From Patescibacteria group bacterium (GTDB lineage: Bacteria; Patescibacteriota; Patescibacteriia; Patescibacteriales; UBA12465), in contig JBAZJR010000006.1 in the NCBI GenBank assembly GCA_041651195.1, positions 1 to 62,768 of the forward strand: DNA of 62,768 nucleotides, read 5' to 3'. This document shows positions 1 to 8,587 of this stretch, piece by piece; within the stretch, counting starts at the first letter, position 1, and the number at the start of each line of letters is the position of its first letter. The position numbers were made by a program, and so were the translations under genes. The notes under the pieces were generated by a model. That model saw only the letters and a program-made list of their open reading frames with translations, had not been told where the DNA came from and ran no database searches.

Positions 1-77
1 CCAAATATATTATTACAACCACAAACGAATTCACACCGCTCTCGCCATGCCTCCAGTTCAATTTTATACCTTAGCCG

Positions 78-692
78 TTAAAGGTCGAGCTTGAAGAAAA
101 AGTGTCCGAAGAAATGGGTACCTGCCATCGGATAAAGGTCTCCTCCGGCGGCACATAAGTCAAAATCTTTTTTAAATTCTTCAAGAGATAAATATTCTGC
201 TTCATTAGGCAATAGTGTGACCACGAAAGCCCTAGAATCCTGATCACTACCTTGATATTTAAAACTATATATAGTTTCTATTGAATCCCTAAATTTAGTT
301 GTCAAGCTATCAAAATAAGCAATGTCATGTTCTACTCCGCATTCATCAGACATTACCTTTAGTTGTTCGGAGCTATAACTAAAAGGTCGGGACTCTTTTG
401 CAACCTCAATCTCGCCAGCAGAATAACTTAATGGCTCTTTATCATCACCGCAGTCACAAAGAACTTTTTCGCCACACAAGGTAGACACGCTTCCACATGG
501 GACTTGTATATTCTCATATTCTTTACATCCGAATAAACCTTCACAAGTTTTCAAATTGAACTCACAATATCCTTTTTCTGGATATGCCTTAAAATCATTA
601 TCACAGGTCGCAGGAATTAAAAAAAATAAAGCAAAAATAATAAACAATAAAAGAAATATTATTAAAATGCTTAACTTCCAATTCATTTTCAT
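78..692 (-). CDS. hypothetical Cys-rich exported or membrane-anchored protein
   Basis: 204-aa ORF. N-terminal hydrophobic helix (LSILIIFLLLFIIFALFFLIP), then a Cys-dense segment (CEFNLKTCEGLFGC..CGSVSTLCGEKVLCDCG). Lies in a visibly AT-rich block. No family recognised. Confidence 0.5.
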   Translation of the reverse strand: MKMNWKLSILIIFLLLFIIFALFFLIPATCDNDFKAYPEKGYCEFNLKTCEGLFGCKEYENIQVPCGSVSTLCGEKVLCDCGDDKEPLSYSAGEIEVAKESRPFSYSSEQLKVMSDECGVEHDIAYFDSLTTKFRDSIETIYSFKYQGSDQDSRAFVVTLLPNEAEYLSLEEFKKDFDLCAAGGDLYPMAGTHFFGHFFFKLDL

Positions 693-716
693 ATCTTTTT
701 TTATTTATTTATTTAC

Positions 717-1865
717 CTATCTAGAGTCTTGTTCTATACTATCAATAATTTGGATGGTTTCTCTAAGCTTTTTTTCGGTAGCACATTTTTTTTCCAAAAT
801 ATTATTTAGAGCTGTGTCAGGAATCTCCACAAAACGTTTTCCGACTAAATTTTCTGTGAAATACATTTTTATTAGACTGCCTTTTACTAAAGGTTCCATA
901 GATTGTTGAACTTTTTCCACCTCCGAGCAGTCTTTCTCTGCTTCAATGGCAAGCTTATTATAAAAATCAGAATAATAGCTTATAGTTAGATTTTTCTTAA
1001 AATAAAAGTTATTCTTTATTAAAATCTTTGATATTACTCCAAATGGATTATTTCTACCTTGTTCTAACTTGTCCAAGGCTTGCTTCAAAATAAGATATTC
1101 TGTTATAAAAGGAGCTGAATTCCCTTTCGCTTGATAGTTTTCTAATTTCAATTTGTATTCTGACAACATCAAAGAATCTTTGGGAATTATTGAGATAACT
1201 TTTTGCAAAACATCTAACCCGCTGTCCTTGATACCAATGCCAACTAAATGAGTAATTAATAAACCTTGTGAATTTTCTATGGCAGTTCCAACAATAATTG
1301 ACTTAAAGGCCTCGTCAAGCGCTTCTTTATTCTGACCATTTTTAGCCAACCAGACAGCTTTAACACCACTTAAACGACTTACTTCTCGCCAAGTATTCAT
1401 CGCCGTCACTGGCATATCGCTGGATATTTTTGACTGGCGGTCTGCTTCGGGCAACTGGAACACTCCTTTAGCAGCAGAATCAGTAAAATATTGTAAAACG
1501 TCTTCATTATCAGCTAGAAGTTGTGTAACAACTTCCTGATTCCACTCGTCACTGTTTAAGTAATCAGAAACTAACTGTTTTCCTTTAGGAATATTTTTTA
1601 GACTAATCAACTCCTGATGTTTTTCTGTATCGTATAGTTTATTCAAATCATAGAAAGCATTTTCTTCTTCAGGGAGATTGATTGTTTGTAGTTGTAAATT
1701 TGAGTCATCTACGGGCGGAATATCTTTTCCTTTGATGATACTCAAAAATGACGGGATTATTATAATAACTATAATAAAAGCCCCCACTGCTACTAGAAAT
1801 TTTAAACCTCCGCTAATAATTTGTGAAACAATTGTTTTATTATTTTTTTGCATAATTATAATCAT
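717..1865 (-). CDS. hypothetical N-terminally anchored protein
   Basis: 382-aa ORF with ATG at 1865 (alternative ATG at 1853). One TM helix (FLVAVGAFIIVIIIIPSFLSII), then a soluble helical region. 24-nt gap to the next gene. AT-rich. No family recognised. Confidence 0.5.
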   Translation of the reverse strand: MIIIMQKNNKTIVSQIISGGLKFLVAVGAFIIVIIIIPSFLSIIKGKDIPPVDDSNLQLQTINLPEEENAFYDLNKLYDTEKHQELISLKNIPKGKQLVSDYLNSDEWNQEVVTQLLADNEDVLQYFTDSAAKGVFQLPEADRQSKISSDMPVTAMNTWREVSRLSGVKAVWLAKNGQNKEALDEAFKSIIVGTAIENSQGLLITHLVGIGIKDSGLDVLQKVISIIPKDSLMLSEYKLKLENYQAKGNSAPFITEYLILKQALDKLEQGRNNPFGVISKILIKNNFYFKKNLTISYYSDFYNKLAIEAEKDCSEVEKVQQSMEPLVKGSLIKMYFTENLVGKRFVEIPDTALNNILEKKCATEKKLRETIQIIDSIEQDSR

Positions 1866-1974
1866 TGATTATATAACTAAAGTATATCAAAAATAGCATA
1901 CTTATAACAGAACTCGGATTCGAACTAATAATCACCTTTATTTACGGCTCTTTTTACAAATTTGACTCTAACAA

Positions 1975-2010
1975 AAAAACATGACCTAAATCATGTTTTC
2001 TTGTTTTTTG
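1975..2010. terminator. bidirectional hairpin terminator
   Basis: Stem AAACATGA (1977-1984) / TCATGTTT (1991-1998), with an A-run before and a T-run after. Confidence 0.5.
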
Positions 2011-2058
2011 GCTAGTTTTACGACAAATATGTCGGTCTACAGCACAAAAAATGTGTTG

Positions 2059-2075
2059 GCTCGGGGACAGGGATT
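2059..2075 (-). repeat. 17-nt exact copy of the 3' end of tRNA-Gln (att-like direct repeat)
   Basis: gctcggggacagggatt occurs at 2059-2075 and at 2274-2290. The second copy covers the T-stem 3' half, acceptor 3' strand, discriminator and one flanking base of the tRNA. Confidence 0.8.
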
Positions 2076-2240
2076 ATTCGCGCTCGCTCCGCCCCAAAAG
2101 TGGGCGGAGCTCACTTGTCCTGGGTTGGCGCCCGACCTGCCACCGGCAGGTCGTTCGACGCTCGTCCGCTCGTTTCGGCTTCCGCCTCAACTCGCGTCTC
2201 GCTTCCAACCTGTTCGAATCCCAACTCCTAAGATGAAATA
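2076..2240. other. GC-rich structured non-coding segment between two terminators
   Basis: Hairpins GCTCCGCCC-N7-GGGCGGAGC (2086-2110) and CGACCTGCC-ACC-GGCAGGTCG (2133-2153). Reiterated CGCTCG motifs. Much higher G+C by eye than its flanks. The ORFs here are Arg/Pro/Ser-rich and overlap in two frames. Confidence 0.4.
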
Positions 2241-2270
2241 AAAATAGAGGCTATTAGCCTCTATTTTTAT
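2241..2270. terminator. bidirectional hairpin terminator downstream of tRNA-Gln
   Basis: Stem ATAGAGGC (2244-2251) / GCCTCTAT (2258-2265), flanked by an A-run and a T-run. Confidence 0.7.
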
Positions 2271-2274
2271 TTAG

Positions 2275-2345
2275 CTCGGGGACAGGGATTCGAACCCCGA
2301 TAAACAGGACCAGAACCTGTTGTCCTACCGTTAGACGATCCCCGA
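2275..2345 (-). tRNA. tRNA-Gln (anticodon CTG)
   Basis: Minus-strand read: TCGGGGA acceptor, anticodon arm ACAGG-TTCTGGT-CCTGT (CTG at positions 34-36), T arm CGGGG-TTCGAAT-CCCTG, acceptor 3' strand TCCCCGA plus discriminator G. No encoded CCA. Confidence 0.85.
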
Positions 2346-2352
2346 ATGATTA

Positions 2353-3099
2353 TTAAGCCTGGATTTTAGAAAACAGATAACTGCTGATAACCAATAAAAG
2401 TATAATAATTGTTCCTAAAATTGTAAAGTCAGCGGCTAGGCTGAATTGATGTAATCCTACCAAAGTGCCGCGTAAGGCGTCAACCCCGTAGGCCAGCGGA
2501 TTAGCCATCATAGGCGCCTGAATGGCGCGTGGCAGGCTATCCAAAGGGAAAAAAGCCCCGGAGAGGAATAATAGCGGCATGATCAGCAAATTAATGATTA
2601 GCTGGAAACCCTGGACATCTTTCATTAGCGAAGCGACCGCCGTGCCGAATAAAGTAAAGAGAAAGGCGATCAGGAACATAACGACGACCGCGGCCGAAAG
2701 CATCCACCAATCAATAATATGGAAGCCGATGAGAAATGATAAGACCAAAACCACTAAGCCTTGTATCACAGCCACGGTGGCGCCGCCGAGAGAGCGGCCG
2801 ATCATAATCTTCAGGCGCGAAACCGGCGCGACCAGCATTTCCTTCAGGAATCCGAATTGTCGATCCCAGATAATTTCCAATCCGGAAAAGACAGCCGAGA
2901 ATAAGATGCTCATAGCGATGACGCCGGGCACCAGGAATTCTAGATAATTCCCTTCTCCCGCTTTCTGATAGATCGGTCCGAAACCGAAGCCGAAAGCCAC
3001 CATGAATAATAAAGGCTGGCCCAAAGAACCGATTATCCGGGCTTTGGAACGGTAATAACGTTTGATTTGGCGCAACCACAAGATATAAATTATTTCCAT
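2353..3099 (-). CDS. ABC-2 type transporter permease
   Basis: 248 aa, multi-TM. N-terminus is typical of ABC-2 permeases (LRQIKRYYRSKARIIGSLGQPLLFM). Sits 11 nt downstream of the ABC ATPase gene. Confidence 0.8.
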   Translation of the reverse strand: MEIIYILWLRQIKRYYRSKARIIGSLGQPLLFMVAFGFGFGPIYQKAGEGNYLEFLVPGVIAMSILFSAVFSGLEIIWDRQFGFLKEMLVAPVSRLKIMIGRSLGGATVAVIQGLVVLVLSFLIGFHIIDWWMLSAAVVVMFLIAFLFTLFGTAVASLMKDVQGFQLIINLLIMPLLFLSGAFFPLDSLPRAIQAPMMANPLAYGVDALRGTLVGLHQFSLAADFTILGTIIILLLVISSYLFSKIQA

Positions 3100-3110
3100 A
3101 TTGCGGATTA

Positions 3111-3893
3111 TTAGCGGCGGGCGAACCGGCGCATCAGATTTTGATTAGGATCCACGGTTTCGTCGCGGATAACATTGCCGGTCAGCTTGATAAAGGCTTG
3201 TTCCAGGTTATCCTCGCCAGCTTGGGCTTTGAGTTCGGTCGGCGTCCCGACGGCGATAATCCGGCCGTGATCGATAATGACGACGCGATCCGCGCTCTTT
3301 TCCGCTTCTTCGATATAATGGGTCGTAAAAAAGACGCTCATTTTTTCCTCGCGGTTCATCTGCCTTATATATTCCCAGATATGATTGCGCGTTTGCGGAT
3401 CCAAGCCTTGTGTCGGCTCATCTAAGAACAATATCTTCGGATGATGCAATAAGCCCTTAGCGATCTCCAGTCGGCGCTTCATGCCGCCGGAAAAATTTTT
3501 GACGAAATCTTTCCGCCTATCCCAGAGTTCCACGAATTCCAAAAGCTGCCTGATCCGCTCCTGCCGCGTTTCGCGCGGCACGCCGTATAGAACAGCATGC
3601 ATCAGCATATTTTCATAGGCCGTCAATTCATCGTCGACGCTCGCGTCCTGGAAAACGATGCCGAAGGAATGGCGGGCTTCGTCCTGATGGGTCAAGGGGT
3701 TGAAGCCATTGAGTTCGATCGTACCGCCCGTCGGTTCTAGGACGGTAGTCAGCATCTTGATCGTCGTCGTCTTACCGGCGCCGTTCGGCCCTAAAAAAGC
3801 CAGGATTTCTCCGGCTTGGACCTCGAAAGAGATATTATCAACGGCGATAAAATCGCCAAATTTCTTTGTTAAGCCTTTAACAGTGATAATCAT
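3111..3893 (-). CDS. ABC transporter ATP-binding protein (DrrA/CcmA-like exporter ATPase)
   Basis: Walker A GPNGAGKTT, signature FSGGMKRRL, Walker B ILFLDEP, H-loop TTHY. The ORF-track start at 3953 overlaps lysS. The ATG at 3893 (MIITVKGL) is preferred. Confidence 0.9.
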   Translation of the reverse strand: MIITVKGLTKKFGDFIAVDNISFEVQAGEILAFLGPNGAGKTTTIKMLTTVLEPTGGTIELNGFNPLTHQDEARHSFGIVFQDASVDDELTAYENMLMHAVLYGVPRETRQERIRQLLEFVELWDRRKDFVKNFSGGMKRRLEIAKGLLHHPKILFLDEPTQGLDPQTRNHIWEYIRQMNREEKMSVFFTTHYIEEAEKSADRVVIIDHGRIIAVGTPTELKAQAGEDNLEQAFIKLTGNVIRDETVDPNQNLMRRFARR

Positions 3894-3916
3894 ATAGGAT
3901 CTACGCGGCGAGATCG

Positions 3917-5398
3917 TTATTTCTTCGGCCGCATCAAGGGGAAAATCTGACATTCCCGGCCAGATTTATCCATCAAGAAGCTGAACAGGCGCTCGCTGAA
4001 ACCGAAGCCGCAAGTCGGCGGCATGCCATATTCCAAAGCTTCGACGAAATCATAATCATGTTCCTGGGCCTCTTCGTCGCCGGCCTCCCTGAGTTTTTGC
4101 TGTTCCTGGAAGCGCTTTTCCTGGTCCAAAGGGTCGTTCAATTCGCTATAGCCGTTCCCCATTTCCGAGCCGGCCAAAATAACCTGGAATCTCTGGGCTA
4201 ATTCTGGGTTGTTTCCATCACGCTTAGCGAGCGGCGAAACCGTAATCGGCGTGCCGATCAGGAACCCGGGACCGGCGATCTGCTTCCGGCAATATTTCCA
4301 AAGGTTATCGATCGCCCGCGTGATATTGAAGCCTTTCTTATCATAATCGACTTTCAGCTCTTCTAATTTCTTGATGATCTCCGCCTCACTCGCCATCAAG
4401 ACATCGACGCCGGTCATTTTCTTGACCGTCTCGCGATAATCATATCTTTCCCATTTCTGGCCTAGATCGATATTGAAATCCTTGATCTTGAACTTCAGGG
4501 TACCGAAAGCCTCCTGAGCGATATATTTGTATAATTCTTCGACGAGCGTCATGCCCATCTCATAATCAGCATACCCCCAATAAAACTCCATTTGGGAATA
4601 GTCCTGCAAATGCTCGGCGTCCATGCCTTCATTCCGGAATTGGCGGCCGATTTCAAAAGTCTTATCCAAACCGGCGACCATCAATTTTTTCTGCCATAAT
4701 TCGCCCATCGAAATGCGGAGATAAACATCCAGATCTAAAGCGTTATGATGCGTCTTGAAGGGCTTAGCATCCGCGCCGCCAGCCATCGTTTCCAGGATCG
4801 GCGTCTCGACTTCGATAAAGCCTCTCTGGAGCAAAAAATTGCGCGTCGCCTGCCAGAATTTTGCCCTTTTTAAGATCATTTCCTTCACTTCCGGATTCAA
4901 GAGGATGTCCAAATAACGCCGCCGAAAAAGTTCGTCCTCATCTTTGAGGCCGTACCAGGAATCAGGGATCGGCCGGATCGCTTTGGTCAGCAGTTTCCAG
5001 TCCTTGACCATCACGCTCTTCTCGCCTTTATGGGTCAAGAAACAGACGCCGCTCACCTGCAGAAAGTCGGCGACATCTATAAATTTTAGAAAATTTTTAT
5101 AAGCCTCCGGACCGAGATCCTTCTTAGAAAAAGCTAATTGGATATTACCAGAAGCATCTTCCAGATTAGCAAAAGCTAAATTGCCGTGTTCCCGCTTGGA
5201 ACGGAGACGGCCGACGGTATAAAAAGACTTCTGGCTCTCCAGTAAGCCGTCAAAATCTGCCAATACGGCGCTGATTTCATAGTCGCGCTCCGCTTTCGCC
5301 GGATAAGGATCAATGCCGCGCTTAACCAAGTCCGCTAATTTGTTAAGCCGGTCTTGACGTTCGCTGGCTGAAGATTTCTCCAAGATCTGGTCGGACAT
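3917..5398 (-). CDS. lysS: lysine--tRNA ligase, class II
   Basis: 493 aa. N-terminal OB-fold region, then a class II core (EVETPILE, GGADAKPF, FRNEGMD, C-terminal GMPPTCGFGFSERL). Confidence 0.9.
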   Translation of the reverse strand: MSDQILEKSSASERQDRLNKLADLVKRGIDPYPAKAERDYEISAVLADFDGLLESQKSFYTVGRLRSKREHGNLAFANLEDASGNIQLAFSKKDLGPEAYKNFLKFIDVADFLQVSGVCFLTHKGEKSVMVKDWKLLTKAIRPIPDSWYGLKDEDELFRRRYLDILLNPEVKEMILKRAKFWQATRNFLLQRGFIEVETPILETMAGGADAKPFKTHHNALDLDVYLRISMGELWQKKLMVAGLDKTFEIGRQFRNEGMDAEHLQDYSQMEFYWGYADYEMGMTLVEELYKYIAQEAFGTLKFKIKDFNIDLGQKWERYDYRETVKKMTGVDVLMASEAEIIKKLEELKVDYDKKGFNITRAIDNLWKYCRKQIAGPGFLIGTPITVSPLAKRDGNNPELAQRFQVILAGSEMGNGYSELNDPLDQEKRFQEQQKLREAGDEEAQEHDYDFVEALEYGMPPTCGFGFSERLFSFLMDKSGRECQIFPLMRPKK

Positions 5399-5409
5399 AT
5401 GATTGCTTG

Positions 5410-5868
5410 TTATTCTATCTTGATAATCTTATATTTAACTGCCCCTTTCGGCGTTTCTACTTCGACCTGATCGCCCTTATGCTTATTTAGGAAAGCGACC
5501 CCGAGCGGCGATTCATTGGAAATCTTGCCGTTTGCCGGATCGGCTTCATTGAAACTGACGATCGTATACTGCTTTTCTCCATTCGGGGATTTGACCGTCA
5601 CGCGGGAGCCCATCGTTACCTTTTCATTAGAATGGCTGGTTTCCACTACGGTCACATTCTTCAAAGTATTCGTTAATTCTAAAACACGCCCCTCATTTAA
5701 AGCTTGGGCGTCTTTCGCTTCGCTATATTCGGCGTTCTCGCTCAAATCGCCTAATTCTTTAGCGCGCTCGATCCGATCGGCAATTTCCCGGCGCCTGGTT
5801 GTCGCTAAAAAATTCAGCTCATCTTTCAATTTATCATAGCCCTCTTGGGAAATGATTTGTTCATTCAT
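5410..5868 (-). CDS. greA: transcription elongation factor GreA
   Basis: 152 aa. N-terminal coiled coil with an acidic tip (GDLSENAEYSEAK) and a C-terminal GreA/GreB domain (SPLGVAFLNKHKGD). Confidence 0.9.
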   Translation of the reverse strand: MNEQIISQEGYDKLKDELNFLATTRRREIADRIERAKELGDLSENAEYSEAKDAQALNEGRVLELTNTLKNVTVVETSHSNEKVTMGSRVTVKSPNGEKQYTIVSFNEADPANGKISNESPLGVAFLNKHKGDQVEVETPKGAVKYKIIKIE

Positions 5869-5894
5869 ATTTTTTGCGTGATAATAATGTAGGT

Positions 5895-7391
5895 TTAATA
5901 TACTCTATTTGGCCAGATTAGACAAGAGCTGACCAGGAGAAAACCGAGCCCGAGCGGATGGTTGAGATAGGGCGTAAAAAAATGGGTAGCGATCAAAAAG
6001 ACCAATCCGACGGCCAGAGTCATAAATAGAGTTCTATCATCTTGCCCCGCCCGCCTTAAGCCGTCTGCTAGCAGCTTATACAAAAGCAGGAGATAAGCGG
6101 CTAGTCCCAGAAGCCCTAATTTCAACCAGAGATCCAGATAGCCCCATTCAAAGGCATAGGTCGTGTATTCACCGCTCGGATTCTTCTCTAAAATGCGCGG
6201 ATCACGGGAAAAATAAGTGACGGTTGCGCCGTAGCCCTGCCCTAAGAACGGCTCTTGCCTGATTTCGGCGAGTAGTATCGGGAGCAATGACCAACGGGAA
6301 GCTAAGGCTGGCTCATTGCCATTACTGACCCGATCCAAAAAATTAGCACCCAGGTTCCCGGCCGAGGAACGGACATAAGGGAAAGCGACAACTAGATAGA
6401 TCATAGCGAAGCCCAAGGCGCCGGCCAGGAGACACCAGAGACCGCTCACAAGCATTTTCTTAAAAGAGGCGACGCGCCAGACTAAGAGCAAGCTGAAAAC
6501 AAGAGCGACAGCTAAAGCCACCCAGAAGCTGCGGGAGAAACTGATAAAAATCGCGCTCAGGAAAAAACCGGCTGACAGTAAGGCGAGTAGGTTCACTCGC
6601 CAGCGGAAGCTAGGCCACCGCAGATGAGCTTGGTTAAACCAAAAAACAGCGAAAAAAGCGATGGCGGAATAAACTTGCCCCTGGATGAAGACACGCGGCC
6701 AACCGGTCTTCGTCGGGGTCATCTCGCCGACCAAGGTCTGGCGGAGCCAGGTATAGATATTCGGGGCGAAAGCAGTCGTATGAGTAAAGATAAAAAGCAA
6801 GAATAATGTCTTTAAGCTCAGCCAGGCCGCGGCCGCCAAAAAAATATTTACCAAACGGTTTATCTTCCGCCGATCTGCGTCGCCATAAACCACGATGAGC
6901 GGCCAGAGGAATAATAAGTATAGCCAAGCGTTGAAGTCGGCGAAGATCAAGCTCGGATCATGGCCGCGCCAATAGCCGTTGAGGCAGGCGATAACTATAA
7001 AAACGCCTAAAATGCCGAAAAATTTTCGTCCGGGAAAATTTTTTAGGCTGAGCCAATACGGCGCCTGCTTTTTCTGCTTGATAAGCTGGATCAGCAGCCG
7101 GATAAAGAAGACTCCTATCACGGCCGCCCATAAAGCCATCCGGATCGGGATCTGGATGGAGCAGATATCTAGCCGGAAAAGATGGCCCATCGATCCGATG
7201 AATAATTCCGCGAGGACGAGTAGGACGCCGTATTCCAAAGAATAAACCGCGAGCAAGATGATGGCGGTAATCAGGCTGACGGAAACAACTTGATTTAACG
7301 TGGGGGAGACGAAAGTGCTGAAAGACAAGATCTCAATAATTAGGAAAATCAGCCAAGACGCGTAAATTTGTTTTTTTTCAAGCTTAAACAT
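5895..7391 (-). CDS. O-antigen ligase-like (Wzy_C family) polytopic membrane protein
   Basis: 498 aa with more than 10 hydrophobic helices and a Wzy_C-style loop region. Heads a glycan-assembly gene string. Confidence 0.6.
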   Translation of the reverse strand: MFKLEKKQIYASWLIFLIIEILSFSTFVSPTLNQVVSVSLITAIILLAVYSLEYGVLLVLAELFIGSMGHLFRLDICSIQIPIRMALWAAVIGVFFIRLLIQLIKQKKQAPYWLSLKNFPGRKFFGILGVFIVIACLNGYWRGHDPSLIFADFNAWLYLLFLWPLIVVYGDADRRKINRLVNIFLAAAAWLSLKTLFLLFIFTHTTAFAPNIYTWLRQTLVGEMTPTKTGWPRVFIQGQVYSAIAFFAVFWFNQAHLRWPSFRWRVNLLALLSAGFFLSAIFISFSRSFWVALAVALVFSLLLVWRVASFKKMLVSGLWCLLAGALGFAMIYLVVAFPYVRSSAGNLGANFLDRVSNGNEPALASRWSLLPILLAEIRQEPFLGQGYGATVTYFSRDPRILEKNPSGEYTTYAFEWGYLDLWLKLGLLGLAAYLLLLYKLLADGLRRAGQDDRTLFMTLAVGLVFLIATHFFTPYLNHPLGLGFLLVSSCLIWPNRVY

Positions 7392-7402
7392 AATTTTATT
7401 CT

Positions 7403-7879
7403 CTATTCCTTCTCTATGACTACCTGGTCGCCAACTTGGAATCCGCGCTCGCTGGCGTAACCGGCTTTGAGCTCCAAGACCTGATCGGCCGGACCATCGC
7501 TAGAATAACGGATAAGCGGCGCGCGGCCTTCCGGCGGCAAGTTAGCCGCGATCTTAGTGATCCGCCCTTGATTGATAAAGATGATATCCAAAGGAAAAAG
7601 CATATCCCGCATGACAAATATCCGTTCCCCGCTCTCCGAAAAATCAAACAACATGCCGTGGCCTGCCTTTAACTCGCTCCGTCCGCTCAAACCCTGATAT
7701 AGGGCTTGCGGCGTGGCGGCGATCTCTACTATTATCCGCTGGCCGCTAATTTCTATGGTTTTCTCTGGTAAAGGAGCGGTTCGGCTAGGTGGGCCGATCA
7801 AAGCCAGATAAGTGGCCGCAACCATCAGGCCAGCTGAGATAAAAATGCCGATTATTGATAATTTCCTAATCAAGGCCAT
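7403..7879 (-). CDS. DUF192 domain protein with N-terminal anchor
   Basis: 158 aa. DUF192-style core (GLSGRSELKAGHGMLFDF ... FVMRDMLFPLDIIFI ... VLELKAG). Overlaps the upstream GT2 gene by 14 nt. Confidence 0.75.
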   Translation of the reverse strand: MALIRKLSIIGIFISAGLMVAATYLALIGPPSRTAPLPEKTIEISGQRIIVEIAATPQALYQGLSGRSELKAGHGMLFDFSESGERIFVMRDMLFPLDIIFINQGRITKIAANLPPEGRAPLIRYSSDGPADQVLELKAGYASERGFQVGDQVVIEKE

Positions 7880-8567
7880 GTTTTGATTTGATTATCTTGA
7901 CTGCTTCCTTATATTTCTTGACGCTGGGCAAAAACGGTAAGAGCTTATAAGCGAAGGCGGGCAGCCAAGAACTATAGACTCCGCCCGGCGCGACAGTAAA
8001 TAGGACTTGGCCAACCCAATAGCCAGACTTCCCTTGTTCTAACATCGTCAACCAAAGATCCCAATCTTGCAATTTCTTGATTCCGGTATCCCAGCCGCTG
8101 GCCGGAAAATCCGACCGGCGGATCAAGGCCATCGTATGGATATAAGGCATCTGCTTGAGCTTCGCCGGATCGAAAGGGCCGACTTTGAATAATTTACGCC
8201 CCCAATAGAAAGATGGATAGGCATAACTAACTTGCGGATTATGGAGCAAGGCTTCCAGCATCGTTGCCAGCGCTTCCGGTCGCAAAACCGCGTCCGCGTC
8301 ACAAAAGAATAAATATTCGCCGCGCGCCTGCCTATAACCATTATTACGCGCCGCGGGCGCGCCTTGATTAGCCTGGTTGATAAACAGATACTGGCGGCTG
8401 GCCGATAGCTTCTGGTAATAATCCGTAAAAATCTTTTCGACGTCATCGTTCGAGCCGTCATTGACAATGATCACTTCAAAGTCCGAGTAAGTCTGCGCCT
8501 CGAGACTGGCCAGGGTCTTGATGAGCTTAGAGGCCTGGTTATAAATCGGGATGATTATAGAAATCAT
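7866..8567 (-). CDS. glycosyltransferase family 2
   Basis: 233 aa. N-terminal ISIIIPIYNQ..., then EVIIVNDGSNDD and a DxD-type FFCDADA motif. Confidence 0.85.
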   Translation of the reverse strand: MISIIIPIYNQASKLIKTLASLEAQTYSDFEVIIVNDGSNDDVEKIFTDYYQKLSASRQYLFINQANQGAPAARNNGYRQARGEYLFFCDADAVLRPEALATMLEALLHNPQVSYAYPSFYWGRKLFKVGPFDPAKLKQMPYIHTMALIRRSDFPASGWDTGIKKLQDWDLWLTMLEQGKSGYWVGQVLFTVAPGGVYSSWLPAFAYKLLPFLPSVKKYKEAVKIIKSKHGLD

Positions 8568-8587
8568 AAATTTAGGGATCGGCGATT

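Noticed and set aside
1993-2241. 82-aa and 61-aa plus-strand ORFs in the GC-rich segment next to tRNA-Gln
   Set aside because: The two ORFs overlap each other in different frames. They are Arg/Pro/Ser-rich, have no RBS, and span hairpins and a tRNA fragment. The segment is better treated as non-coding.
3894-3953. N-terminal extension of the ABC ATPase ORF, and similar extensions at 21782-21820, 30668-30679, 32963-33049, 42801-42914, 48533-48559 and 50276-50311
   Set aside because: The extensions overlap the upstream gene or begin at TTG codons. Internal ATGs give N-termini that match the family norm, so the shorter models are preferred.
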